DNA of 64,000 nucleotides from Escherichia phage AugustSocin, in the sequence record MZ501052, one strand, 5' to 3'. Shown in pieces: positions 34,156 to 42,423 of the stretch. Within the stretch, counting starts at the first letter, position 1, and the number at the start of each line of letters is the position of its first letter. Under the pieces are notes generated by a model. That model had not been told where the DNA came from, did no database searches, and saw nothing but the letters and a program-made list of their open reading frames with translations. A program made the position numbers and the translations under genes.

Positions 34156-34201
34156 AACGTTTTATTCATTCCATTTGGTTGATATGGGTATAGTACCATT
34201 A

Positions 34202-34417
34202 TCAGTGTTGATTGTAAATGGCTTTTTCTACGCTTTTAACGTAATTGGTGTAGTCTTCCTGTTCGTACGAGTGTAAGGCTAAGAACAAAGCTAATAGTTC
34301 ATTATAGACTAAAGCCTCACGCTCACGTTCGGCCTCTATTACGTTCTGAAGATTATGACTCATATTGTTCCTTATAACTATCAATGTAGTCCTGTATGTC
34401 GAAGAATGACATTTCAT
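34202..34417 (-). CDS. hypothetical protein
   Basis: 71-aa ORF; 5' part overlaps the next ORF out of frame. Confidence 0.45.
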   Translation of the reverse strand: MKCHSSTYRTTLIVIRNNMSHNLQNVIEAEREREALVYNELLALFLALHSYEQEDYTNYVKSVEKAIYNQH

Positions 34418-34739
34418 ATTCTAGGGCATTAAGAGCCCGTTCTTCAGTATAGTCAGAACCAAAGACGATAGTGATTTCACCAGGCTTCATGTGATTGAAA
34501 TCAACACTAAAAGGAATACGAGAACATACTTCGTCTGCCATATCTGCAACAACACTACGATATACTTCTCGGTTAACCTGATAAAGCTCTGCAAGTTCTT
34601 CGCATCGAATAACAAGTTCAGTGGCAAGATTTTCTTTGATTTTAGTAAACATAGTCTTTACCCTTATGTTTTTGTTTGCGTTTAGATTGAAGTTCTGATT
34701 TCTTCTTGTCCTTATGAACAGAAGCCTTATTGAAATCAT
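34353..34739 (-). CDS. hypothetical protein
   Basis: 128-aa ORF in asiA-motA interval. Confidence 0.55.
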   Translation of the reverse strand: MISIRLLFIRTRRNQNFNLNANKNIRVKTMFTKIKENLATELVIRCEELAELYQVNREVYRSVVADMADEVCSRIPFSVDFNHMKPGEITIVFGSDYTEERALNALEYEMSFFDIQDYIDSYKEQYES

Positions 34740-34954
34740 GTTTTGCTACAAGATTGTTCATAATGATTTATAACCTCGTTTAAACATTTGTCTGTGAAAG
34801 AAAACTTTTTAGCCACAGAACATTCGATGATGTGTTCTTTCAAATCTTTAGAGTCAGTATATCCCATCTCAGTAATAAAGTGACGAATTAAAGCTTTATT
34901 CTTATCATTAACAGAATTAAAATAATCTGCTTTAGAATCAATTATTCTCATCAT
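34736..34954 (-). CDS. hypothetical protein
   Basis: 72-aa ORF. Confidence 0.5.
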   Translation of the reverse strand: MMRIIDSKADYFNSVNDKNKALIRHFITEMGYTDSKDLKEHIIECSVAKKFSFTDKCLNEVINHYEQSCSKT

Positions 34955-35219
34955 CTAATTTCCTTAACTGATATTGCAATGAGCTAATAATTTCTTCGTT
35001 CATTTTAATATACATGTCACGCAAGAAAGGTTTTAACCCTTCACGAATAATTGCTAATGTATCACCTTTACATAGATTGACCAAATAAGGATGATCTAAA
35101 GCATCCCAACCGGGCTGATTAGCATACATACCATAATTTTCTTCCATCATATGATTAAGACGTTTGATATCTTGGATACGTGATTCAATAGCATCTTTCT
35201 GGAGTTGTTTAATATTCAT
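34938..35219 (-). CDS. hypothetical protein (possibly the arn position)
   Basis: 93-aa acidic ORF in the interval where T4 carries arn; identity not verified. Confidence 0.45.
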   Translation of the reverse strand: MNIKQLQKDAIESRIQDIKRLNHMMEENYGMYANQPGWDALDHPYLVNLCKGDTLAIIREGLKPFLRDMYIKMNEEIISSLQYQLRKLDDENN

Positions 35220-35683
35220 TAATAAAGGTCCTCTGAATAAAGTTCTTTTTCACTACCACCACGTTCAATACGTACTTGTCCAGCGTAAGTTGCAATAATC
35301 ATTGCTTCTTCACGTGTCCAATAATTACTGTATTGGTCAATAAACCCTTGGTCATCATCACAAACTTGTTGAGTAACTAATTGAGGTTTAACTACATCTA
35401 AAACTTCTGCCATATCTTTAGAATAATGACGAGCACCAGGAATAACAAGAGTTCGTCCATCTTTTAATTTAAAACGGTTGGCTGCACAGACAATTCGTCG
35501 TTGATACTTTTGGTTTTCATCCCAATACGCAGTCTGCCAACATATTTCAGGAACTTCTTTCAGAACATCTTCTTCCGTATAATTAGTATAACCTGTTGAT
35601 TTAAATTTTTCGGCTAAACTCTCTGGAGTCTCACGAGATAATGCAACGTTTAGCATTTCAAGTCTTTCTTCAAATGTTTTCAT
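35219..35683 (-). CDS. hypothetical protein
   Basis: 154-aa ORF. Confidence 0.55.
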   Translation of the reverse strand: MKTFEERLEMLNVALSRETPESLAEKFKSTGYTNYTEEDVLKEVPEICWQTAYWDENQKYQRRIVCAANRFKLKDGRTLVIPGARHYSKDMAEVLDVVKPQLVTQQVCDDDQGFIDQYSNYWTREEAMIIATYAGQVRIERGGSEKELYSEDLY

Positions 35684-36009
35684 TTAAACCATCCTTTAAT
35701 ACGTTGCCACAAAGTTTTCTGTTGAGCTTTGTTAACACCAATTGAGCGAATAACTGGTTGAGATTCCTGGAATTCTTTATAATCGGCAAGGTAAATTTCG
35801 TAAGCTGCATCTGTAAAGGAACTTATCGCTGCCATGAAATTATTGCGAATACCTACTGGAGCATCTTTACTTTCACGAATAATCATGTATTTACCAGTCT
35901 TAATCTTTACGATACTTCCAAGATAAGCTCCATGGTACCAGATATCCCAACCTTCTTGAGTAGGTTCTGCACAACGACGAAGTTCATTGATAATTTCTAA
36001 CTTGTTCAT
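35680..36009 (-). CDS. hypothetical protein
   Basis: 109-aa ORF immediately downstream of motA. Confidence 0.55.
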   Translation of the reverse strand: MNKLEIINELRRCAEPTQEGWDIWYHGAYLGSIVKIKTGKYMIIRESKDAPVGIRNNFMAAISSFTDAAYEIYLADYKEFQESQPVIRSIGVNKAQQKTLWQRIKGWFK

Positions 36010-36019
36010 TATTTATTCC

Positions 36020-36655
36020 TCACAGTTCAGATGCTACAGTGATTACTGCTTCAATGTTTTCTGCCGAGCGTTTAATGTCAAGATACACATTACCGTTTTT
36101 AGCGATTTTACATGACATTCCGATATCGGTAAATTTCTGAATATGATGTTCCATCATTTTGTATCCAAAAATTCGCATATTTCCATTGTTGTTAATTTCA
36201 AAATTACGAATTCCATGAGTACGTTTTTCTAAAATAGCAAGATAGTTACTGCGGTAAGTTTCAACCTTTTTAAGAACAAATCCATTTTCATCTAAAAGTT
36301 TTAACATGAGGTCTTTATCTTCTTCCATATCGGAAGTAATCTCACGAGCTTTACGAGTTGCTCGTTTTTTCAGTAGTTCCGGAGCATTTTCCTGCGCGTA
36401 TAAAGTTGCTGCATTTGAAATAATATCTTGAGCTTCACCAGTAATGATTAATCCATCACCAGATTTCTCTACCAGGCCTTTTTTAATCAATACACCAATA
36501 TTACTATTAACTACTGCATTACCTAAATCTGGATGCACCTCACGAACTTCTGCAGCTGTAATGAAATCTTTCTTAGCAATAGTAATTAAAATCGCAGCAG
36601 TTTTTTCATTCAGAACATCGTTAGAAGCTTTGATGATGTAAGTTACTTTAGACAT
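36020..36655 (-). CDS. motA: middle-transcription activator MotA
   Basis: 211-aa ORF MSKVTYIIKASNDVLNEKTAAILITIAKKDFITAAEVREV..., T4 MotA length. Confidence 0.93.
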   Translation of the reverse strand: MSKVTYIIKASNDVLNEKTAAILITIAKKDFITAAEVREVHPDLGNAVVNSNIGVLIKKGLVEKSGDGLIITGEAQDIISNAATLYAQENAPELLKKRATRKAREITSDMEEDKDLMLKLLDENGFVLKKVETYRSNYLAILEKRTHGIRNFEINNNGNMRIFGYKMMEHHIQKFTDIGMSCKIAKNGNVYLDIKRSAENIEAVITVASEL

Positions 36656-36687
36656 TTTCTAATCTCCGTAATTCTGTATCAGTAGTT

Positions 36688-36726
36688 GATAGTTGTATAG
36701 TACCACAGCATGCTTTGGTTGTAAAC
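36688..36726 (-). promoter_or_regulatory. early promoter (PeSL-like) upstream of motA
   Basis: Minus-sense GTTTAC, 17-nt spacer, GTACTATAC; 5' leader carries CAACTATCAACTACTG. Confidence 0.55.
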
Positions 36727-36751
36727 CGTTTTGTGAAAAAAAATTTTAAAA

Positions 36752-36779
36752 TAAAAAAGGGAGAGCCGAGGCTCTCCCT
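36752..36779 (-). terminator. intrinsic terminator after the small ORF downstream of gene 52
   Basis: Minus-sense GGGAGAGC-CUCG-GCUCUCCC followed by UUUUUU. Confidence 0.7.
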
Positions 36780-36784
36780 AAAAA

Positions 36785-36934
36785 TTACTGCATGACTGTG
36801 ATAACTGTCATGATAACACGTTGAATTCCGAACGCAAGAAGACCTCCTGCTACGGCTGGAACAACACCTAAACCCGCCAGTAAAATGCTACCGGATACTA
36901 ATGCAGCGCTTGTAATACCTATGAATGGACTCAT
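36785..36934 (-). CDS. small hydrophobic protein, translationally coupled to gene 52
   Basis: ~49-codon ORF MSPFIGITSAALVSGSILLAGLGVVPAVAGGLLAFGIQRV... with ATG overlapping gene 52 stop; below track size cutoff; followed by terminator. Confidence 0.5.
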   Translation of the reverse strand: MSPFIGITSAALVSGSILLAGLGVVPAVAGGLLAFGIQRVIMTVITVMQ

Positions 36935-38259
36935 TTGATTTCCTCTAAATCTTTGGTGTATTCTGTAACTACATCAGTAGTTTTCCAATATTCGTTTTCT
37001 TCTTTTTTAGCTTTAGCTTCTTCAGCAAGTTTCTTTGCTTCATCAGAAGTCATATGAAAAATATTCATTCCAACCAGTTTATCAACATAAGAAGAATACA
37101 TATCAATTTTAGAAAGTTCTTCGGTCAGTTCTTTGCGAGTTTTACCTTGCACAACAATTTCACCTGAAATTACTTTCTTAATGAAATGCGCCTTGGCAAA
37201 GGCTAAACGAAAAGCTGACTCAGTTTCTTTGATTTTGTTATCAATTCGTTTTTGGACATAAGTTTTACGAACTTCAACAAAGTCTTTAATTAAATCAACT
37301 ACGTTATCGTAAACTTGTAGTTTTCCTTTCTCATTAATAACCGTAATATTCTGAGAACGACGCTCAATCAACCCGAAGTCTTTCATAATTTTTGCGTGGC
37401 GTTCTTCTTCATTATCGCTCAAAGAATATTCTTTACGGAATTTAACTTTAAAGCCAAAACCATGCTCACCACAAGCATCATCCCATGTAATGAAGCCTTT
37501 ATCTTCAAGTGGGTCTAAGATTTTACTCACATAAGTTTCACGATCATACTTATACGGAATCTCAGTGATATGCATTTGAGTTCGTGAAGTAAACTTATAT
37601 GTTCCACGAATTTCATATTGCCCATCAATTTCAACGATTTCACCACGAAATTCTGGGAATTCTACCTTCGGTTTAGTTACTTTCTTTCCTTGAAGAGCTT
37701 GTAATACAGCTTTCTTGACAGAAGACACGCTATGAGGAAGAATGTAAGTTGCATAACCAGTTGCAATACCGGAAACACCATTAAGAAGAACAGTAGGAAT
37801 AATAGGCAAATAGAAAGCAGGCGGAATGTGTTCTTTATCTTGATGTACCGGAGCATATTCAGTATCTTTATATACGTTATAGAAATTTTTACTTACACGA
37901 GCAAAAATATAACGACTTGCCGCTGCTTTTTGAACGGTACGAGAACCAAAGTTTCCTTGACCATCTAACAGAGGAAAGTTATTGTTCCAAGTATTCGCCA
38001 TCAAAGCACCTGCATCTTGTGCAGAGTTTTCGCCATGATGATATCCAAGGTCCGCTACACCACCTGCAATAGAAGCGAGTTTGTGAAACTTATCTTTATT
38101 TCCTCGTGCCAAATCAAGAGCTCGAGCAATAACAAATCGTTGAACTGGCTTAAATCCATCAATCATATTTGGAATAGCACGATTTTCAACCGTGTACATA
38201 GCATAAGCCAATGCTTCATTATCAATGATACTTTTTAAATCGCGATTATTCAGTTGCAT
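36931..38259 (-). CDS. 52: DNA topoisomerase II medium subunit gp52
   Basis: 442-aa ORF (T4 gp52 length) MQLNNRDLKSIIDNEALAYAMYTVENRAIPNMIDGFKPVQRF... Confidence 0.95.
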   Translation of the reverse strand: MQLNNRDLKSIIDNEALAYAMYTVENRAIPNMIDGFKPVQRFVIARALDLARGNKDKFHKLASIAGGVADLGYHHGENSAQDAGALMANTWNNNFPLLDGQGNFGSRTVQKAAASRYIFARVSKNFYNVYKDTEYAPVHQDKEHIPPAFYLPIIPTVLLNGVSGIATGYATYILPHSVSSVKKAVLQALQGKKVTKPKVEFPEFRGEIVEIDGQYEIRGTYKFTSRTQMHITEIPYKYDRETYVSKILDPLEDKGFITWDDACGEHGFGFKVKFRKEYSLSDNEEERHAKIMKDFGLIERRSQNITVINEKGKLQVYDNVVDLIKDFVEVRKTYVQKRIDNKIKETESAFRLAFAKAHFIKKVISGEIVVQGKTRKELTEELSKIDMYSSYVDKLVGMNIFHMTSDEAKKLAEEAKAKKEENEYWKTTDVVTEYTKDLEEIK

Positions 38260-38263
38260 AAAT

Positions 38264-38404
38264 TTACCATACTAGTGAATGTAGTGCCATAATAACATCA
38301 GAAATGAAAAGCACGACTTGAATTAATCCGAACATTACTCCATAATATAGTGCTACTAATAAAGTAGCAAGGGCTAATGAATAGCCCAAGATTTTCTTAA
38401 TCAT
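38264..38404 (-). CDS. small hydrophobic peptide (~46 aa)
   Basis: MIKKILGYSLALATLLVALYYGVMFGLIQVV..., start overlaps previous stop; below track cutoff. Confidence 0.4.
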   Translation of the reverse strand: MIKKILGYSLALATLLVALYYGVMFGLIQVVLFISDVIMALHSLVW

Positions 38405-38558
38405 CTTTAATCATCTTAAGTAAGCCAACAGAAGTAGAAAGCACCCAGCCAATAAACAGAAAACTTAAGAATACTGAACCTGGGGTCCACACGCCTAAAA
38501 AGAAGCAAACCGAACAGACAATAGCCGTAATAAGTTCAATAAAAACCAGAATAACCAT
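38397..38558 (-). CDS. small membrane peptide (~53 aa), at the ac position
   Basis: MVILVFIELITAIVCSVCFFLGVWTPGSVF... with GAGG RBS, directly downstream of stp. Confidence 0.45.
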   Translation of the reverse strand: MVILVFIELITAIVCSVCFFLGVWTPGSVFLSFLFIGWVLSTSVGLLKMIKDD

Positions 38559-38565
38559 GTTTTCC

Positions 38566-38646
38566 TCACTGGCGTCCGAAGACGCCTTTGGTTTTAAGAT
38601 TGTTACGATAGAACTGCATCACATGTTCGTTATGGAAATTACTCAT
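38566..38646 (-). CDS. stp: Stp peptide (26 aa)
   Basis: 26-codon [29 protein letters not shown] with ATG overlapping ndd stop; matches remembered T4 Stp length and sequence. Confidence 0.8.
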
Positions 38647-39103
38647 TAGTATGCCTGTAAAACAAATTTAAAGTTATCAGCCAACATACGGTTCATTTCT
38701 TCAAGTGTTTGATACTCAGAATGATGATTACGAGTAAACGCTAAAGCTAACTGTCCTTTTCCAAATCCCGTCGTCAGAGGTTTCATCTTAGAAGCAGGCA
38801 GATAAAATACTGTGTATGGAACATTGTTATTTGCAATAGTACGTGCAAGCTGAGACCGACGTTGACGAATATGACTTAGAACCGCGCTGAATCCTTGCTT
38901 AGAACGCTGATTACCTACATAAAATCGTGCAGACACACATGGATTACTAAATGGACGACCATCTAATTTACTCACTAAAAGTAAAATCCAGGTTTAGATA
39001 AAATATCTTTGTGTGGAACTCCCAAAAACCACTCACCACCCTTGATTGTACCAATAACAGTAGCGCCCGCATTATTCAGATCAGTAACAGTCATATATTT
39101 CAT
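38646..39103 (-). pseudogene. ndd: ndd (nucleoid disruption) interrupted by an apparent -1 frameshift
   Basis: 42-codon [45 protein letters not shown] stops at 38975; the 109-codon frame resumes there without ATG (track start is GTG); 42+109=151 codons; shift lies in A4 run at 38977-38980. Confidence 0.6.
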
Positions 39104-39162
39104 ATTAATTTCCTCTAAAATTATTTTCTACTCCAAGGCCGCATGAATACACGGCCATTAAA

Positions 39163-39378
39163 TTAATCGTCGCAGTCGACGCTCAATTCCCAAAACTCTT
39201 CTACAGTATAAGTTTCAGTATCATTTTCAATACAGAAACGTTCATTACTGTTATTTGCTAAAGTAGCATTAACTGCCGGTTTCTCGCTAGTGCTCTTAAG
39301 AGGTGAAATACGAATTAACTGATCACCATTATCTAAACAGAAAATTTCACCAACTTTTACATCTTTAAAACTTTTCAT
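39163..39378 (-). CDS. hypothetical protein
   Basis: 71-aa acidic ORF with GAGGTG RBS. Confidence 0.5.
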   Translation of the reverse strand: MKSFKDVKVGEIFCLDNGDQLIRISPLKSTSEKPAVNATLANNSNERFCIENDTETYTVEEFWELSVDCDD

Positions 39379-39493
39379 AATTCACCTCAAGGAGTATAAA
39401 ATCCGAATGCAGTTGTTGACCATCCCATCCAATATGGAAAATTTGCACCAATGTAAAACATAAGAATATAAAACCAAATGTTTAGTAAATTCA

Positions 39494-39691
39494 TCATTTT
39501 ACACCATTCCAAATTGTTTCAACTACGGATTTTAAACCATTTTGATGAATATCCATTCCGACTACCGCCATCAAATAGATTCCAACTACAACTGAACCTA
39601 AGGCAAAAAACAGCATGAAAATGAATAAAGCCGGAAAAATATTATCAAAAAACCATTCAATAAATGTAAAAGCACTGCGTTTACGCTTCAT
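39494..39691 (-). CDS. small membrane protein (trimmed to MKRKRSAFT...)
   Basis: 65-aa ORF with two hydrophobic segments, GAGG RBS before internal ATG. Confidence 0.45.
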   Translation of the reverse strand: MKRKRSAFTFIEWFFDNIFPALFIFMLFFALGSVVVGIYLMAVVGMDIHQNGLKSVVETIWNGVK

Positions 39692-39698
39692 ATTTTCC

Positions 39699-39812
39699 TC
39701 ACATAAATCCAAAGTAAGCGTTTAATACATCAATCATTAAAACGATTGGGAATATACTCAAAACTATTAGTATTATAACTACATTCCATATAGCTTTAAC
39801 AATCTTTTTCAT
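39699..39812 (-). CDS. small membrane peptide (~37 aa)
   Basis: MKKIVKAIWNVVIILIVLSIFPIVLMIDVL... preceded by GGAGG RBS and early promoter-like element. Confidence 0.4.
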   Translation of the reverse strand: MKKIVKAIWNVVIILIVLSIFPIVLMIDVLNAYFGFM

Positions 39813-39832
39813 TTTCTGTTCCTCCGTAGTTG

Positions 39833-39870
39833 ATAGAGTAATAATACCACAGAGGAACAGTCTTGTAAAC
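39833..39870 (-). promoter_or_regulatory. early promoter-like element (GTTTAC -35, AT-rich -10)
   Basis: Minus-sense GTTTAC then ~17-nt spacer and TATTAT-like -10, upstream of ORF 39699..39812. Confidence 0.45.
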
Positions 39871-40054
39871 AACTTTTTAAAAATATTCGTAATAAATGTG
39901 AATACCAATCACTACTGCCGAAACTTGTGCAACCCACCACGCACAAGCAATAAGTACAGAATTAAAAATTTTCATAATAACCTCATCACAAAAGTAAATA
40001 TTAAACAAATTACTGGAATACTAATTAACCAAACAAAACACCACCATAGTGAAC

Positions 40055-40318
40055 TCATAGCTCAATCTCAGCGATTTTCATTTCATTACTATTAATAGCC
40101 GCTTTAAGACTATCTGAAAGAATTACATTCCAATGGTCATTCATATGACCACTAACTAAGCGTGTAATTTCTTCAGGAGTTGAAAAATAAGGCGTATCAG
40201 ACTCCCAATGCGATAGTCCCAAGCGAGCATAAATCATACCTTCATCATCGCTAGAATATTCAACTGACACAAACTCATCAGTTATTTTATGTTTAGCATA
40301 ATAAAATTTAAATTTCAT
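40055..40318 (-). CDS. hypothetical protein (trimmed to MKFKFYYAKHK...)
   Basis: 87-aa ORF with GGAGGAG RBS before the internal ATG. Confidence 0.5.
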   Translation of the reverse strand: MKFKFYYAKHKITDEFVSVEYSSDDEGMIYARLGLSHWESDTPYFSTPEEITRLVSGHMNDHWNVILSDSLKAAINSNEMKIAEIEL

Positions 40319-40337
40319 TTTCCGCTCCTCCGTAGTT

Positions 40338-40376
40338 GATAGTTGTATAGTACCACGGTCCTTGTGGTATGTAAAC
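40338..40376 (-). promoter_or_regulatory. early promoter with embedded hairpin (PeSL-like)
   Basis: Minus-sense GTTTAC, spacer containing inverted repeat TACCAC-ggtcctt-GTGGTA, then GTACTATAC -10; shared flanks with copies at 19.4, 36.7 and 48.5 kb. Confidence 0.55.
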
Positions 40377-40392
40377 CGTTTTGTGAAAATTT

Positions 40393-40950
40393 TTAAATGG
40401 AAAGATACCATCCGTTGTAGTTGCTTTTTCTTACAACTTTACGAAGGTCTTCTCTATCACCGATGAACTTCGGAGTGTACTGGATGACACCTGGATGAAT
40501 TTCTTTAGTGTTGAATATAATTATACAGTCCGCGACTTGATGATTTAGAATGGGCCCTAGATTTATTCCAGAACCATATGGATACTCTCCGCTGCATCCC
40601 GTTGTTACCGAAATCCAACGCGAGTCAGTTTGATGTGTCTTAACTTCTACACGGAGCCCACAGTATTTTGGATGTGCTAAAACATCCCATGCATATGTAT
40701 ATGGATCATTGACATCTTCTTGGCCTTTATTGACATATCCGCTTAGCCAATCTGCCACCACATACTCGGCATACACTGCGATACGGCATCTTTCGATAAC
40801 TTCTGCCTTATCCTGATTTGGGTTTTGTTTTAAAGAGTATCTCGCAGTATCAGCAATTTTGACCTTCATTTCACTGGTCAAATCACTGTTCGATAGGGTA
40901 AATGTCGGAATCTGAAATAGTCTCTGTAACCCCGGATTCGTTTTCTGCAT
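40393..40950 (-). CDS. denB: endonuclease IV
   Basis: 185-aa ORF (T4 DenB length) between the ndd cluster and rIIB. Confidence 0.85.
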   Translation of the reverse strand: MQKTNPGLQRLFQIPTFTLSNSDLTSEMKVKIADTARYSLKQNPNQDKAEVIERCRIAVYAEYVVADWLSGYVNKGQEDVNDPYTYAWDVLAHPKYCGLRVEVKTHQTDSRWISVTTGCSGEYPYGSGINLGPILNHQVADCIIIFNTKEIHPGVIQYTPKFIGDREDLRKVVRKSNYNGWYLSI

Positions 40951-41212
40951 TTAGACTTTCCTTTTTACCGCTGAGATAAGCGTTATATACTTTAAGAGTA
41001 CCATAATAAATTCGGTCATTTTCATCTAAAGACTCGAGGTCAAGTTCATCGAGCTCCTTTTTATCCATGACTATAACATCATTACAGTAAAGAAACCCAA
41101 GTTTTTCGTGACCAAACTCAAATTTATTACAGTACACAATATTAGCGTGATGATTTCCGTGCAGTTTAATCTCTTTTATGTCGGAATCGCCGATATTCAT
41201 ACAATAAATCAT
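40883..41212 (-). CDS. hypothetical protein (denB.1 position)
   Basis: 109-aa ORF; 3' end overlaps denB by ~68 nt. Confidence 0.5.
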   Translation of the reverse strand: MIYCMNIGDSDIKEIKLHGNHHANIVYCNKFEFGHEKLGFLYCNDVIVMDKKELDELDLESLDENDRIYYGTLKVYNAYLSGKKESLNAENESGVTETISDSDIYPIEQ

Positions 41213-41227
41213 AATTTTTCCTTAAAA

Positions 41228-41250
41228 CAAAAGGGCCGAAGCCCCTTATT
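41228..41250 (-). terminator. terminator-like hairpin
   Basis: Minus-sense AGGGGC-UUCG-GCCCU followed by UUUUGUUUU. Confidence 0.4.
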
Positions 41251-41445
41251 TTATTTGAATTGTGCAATTCTTTTCTCTAGACATTCAGCATAAGATTTCA
41301 TTGAGATGAACTGTGAAAGCAGCAGTTCTTGCTCAACTGCACTAACTGTTAGAAACTTTGTGCTTTCTAAAAATTTGCTCAGTGCATTAATTTTGAGCAT
41401 TAATTGATCGTATTCTTCTTTTACTCGTGCTTGATAACCTAACAT
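41251..41445 (-). CDS. hypothetical protein
   Basis: 64-aa ORF immediately downstream of rIIB. Confidence 0.5.
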   Translation of the reverse strand: MLGYQARVKEEYDQLMLKINALSKFLESTKFLTVSAVEQELLLSQFISMKSYAECLEKRIAQFK

Positions 41446-41473
41446 AATTTTCCTTAGTTAAGGGCCGAAGCCC

Positions 41474-42412
41474 TTATTTAAATTGTTCAGTAACGTCTTC
41501 AACTACTTCGTATTGACAGGTACGCATTTTAGCATCGTTGTAATCAATCGGAATTGATACTACATCACGAGGATGAACTTTAACTTTTACAACTCGACTA
41601 GTTGAACCACCAAAGTGACGAATATAAGATTTAGAACATACATGCAAACCGCGAGAACAAGTTTGTGTATCATCGTCATTTACGCGAGTACGCGGCATTT
41701 TAACTACTTTACCAGGACTGTTATCAAAAGTGTTTGAGTGACAATCAAAGTAATTGCTACGAACTACTTTCCAAGCATAGAAGTAACCATCTTCTGTAAT
41801 TTCAATATCGTTTGCTACCAAGAAATCAAAAAGTCGAGATACCGCTTTCTGGCTTGGGTTTTCCAGCAGATTTTCCAAGAACGGAAAATAAAATTCAAAG
41901 TTTTCGCCTTTTTCCATCGAATCAAGAATACGATCAACCAAACCAGACCGCAATTCAATATTTTGATAGAATAAGCTTCCACCTTCAATTCGAACATCGC
42001 CGGAAATATATTTTTCAACAGCGCGGCGAACATTAATTTTTTGTGCAGCTTCTTCCAGCTTATCCGCTACGAGCAGATTAAGAATTTCCTGGAAGTTTGA
42101 ATGAGTATTAGGTGTTGCATTATAAGTTACACCATCAACAGTAATCGAAATGAATTTTTTAGATGCATTCCAAATAATGTCAGATTTAGCAACTGGAGCA
42201 ATAACTGCATCGCTATTAACTTTAACTGTAATATCACCGCTAATAGTAATTTTAGAGTGTTTAGCTTCTTCAGCATTTTTCAAAACACGACGGATTGTAT
42301 CAACCGATACACCTTGCCAATCAGCCAATTCCTGCTGAGTATAATTACCGCTTGAATACAGTTTAACAATTTCAGCTTGTTCGTTTTTGGTCAGGCATTT
42401 AATATTGTACAT
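41474..42412 (-). CDS. rIIB: rIIB membrane-associated protein
   Basis: 312-aa ORF (T4 rIIB length) directly downstream of rIIA. Confidence 0.93.
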   Translation of the reverse strand: MYNIKCLTKNEQAEIVKLYSSGNYTQQELADWQGVSVDTIRRVLKNAEEAKHSKITISGDITVKVNSDAVIAPVAKSDIIWNASKKFISITVDGVTYNATPNTHSNFQEILNLLVADKLEEAAQKINVRRAVEKYISGDVRIEGGSLFYQNIELRSGLVDRILDSMEKGENFEFYFPFLENLLENPSQKAVSRLFDFLVANDIEITEDGYFYAWKVVRSNYFDCHSNTFDNSPGKVVKMPRTRVNDDDTQTCSRGLHVCSKSYIRHFGGSTSRVVKVKVHPRDVVSIPIDYNDAKMRTCQYEVVEDVTEQFK

Positions 42413-42423
42413 AATTTTCCTTA

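Noticed and set aside
38571-38586. GC hairpin GGCGTC-cgaa-GACGCC
   Set aside because: Lies inside the stp coding sequence (codons for GVFGRQ); not a free-standing terminator.
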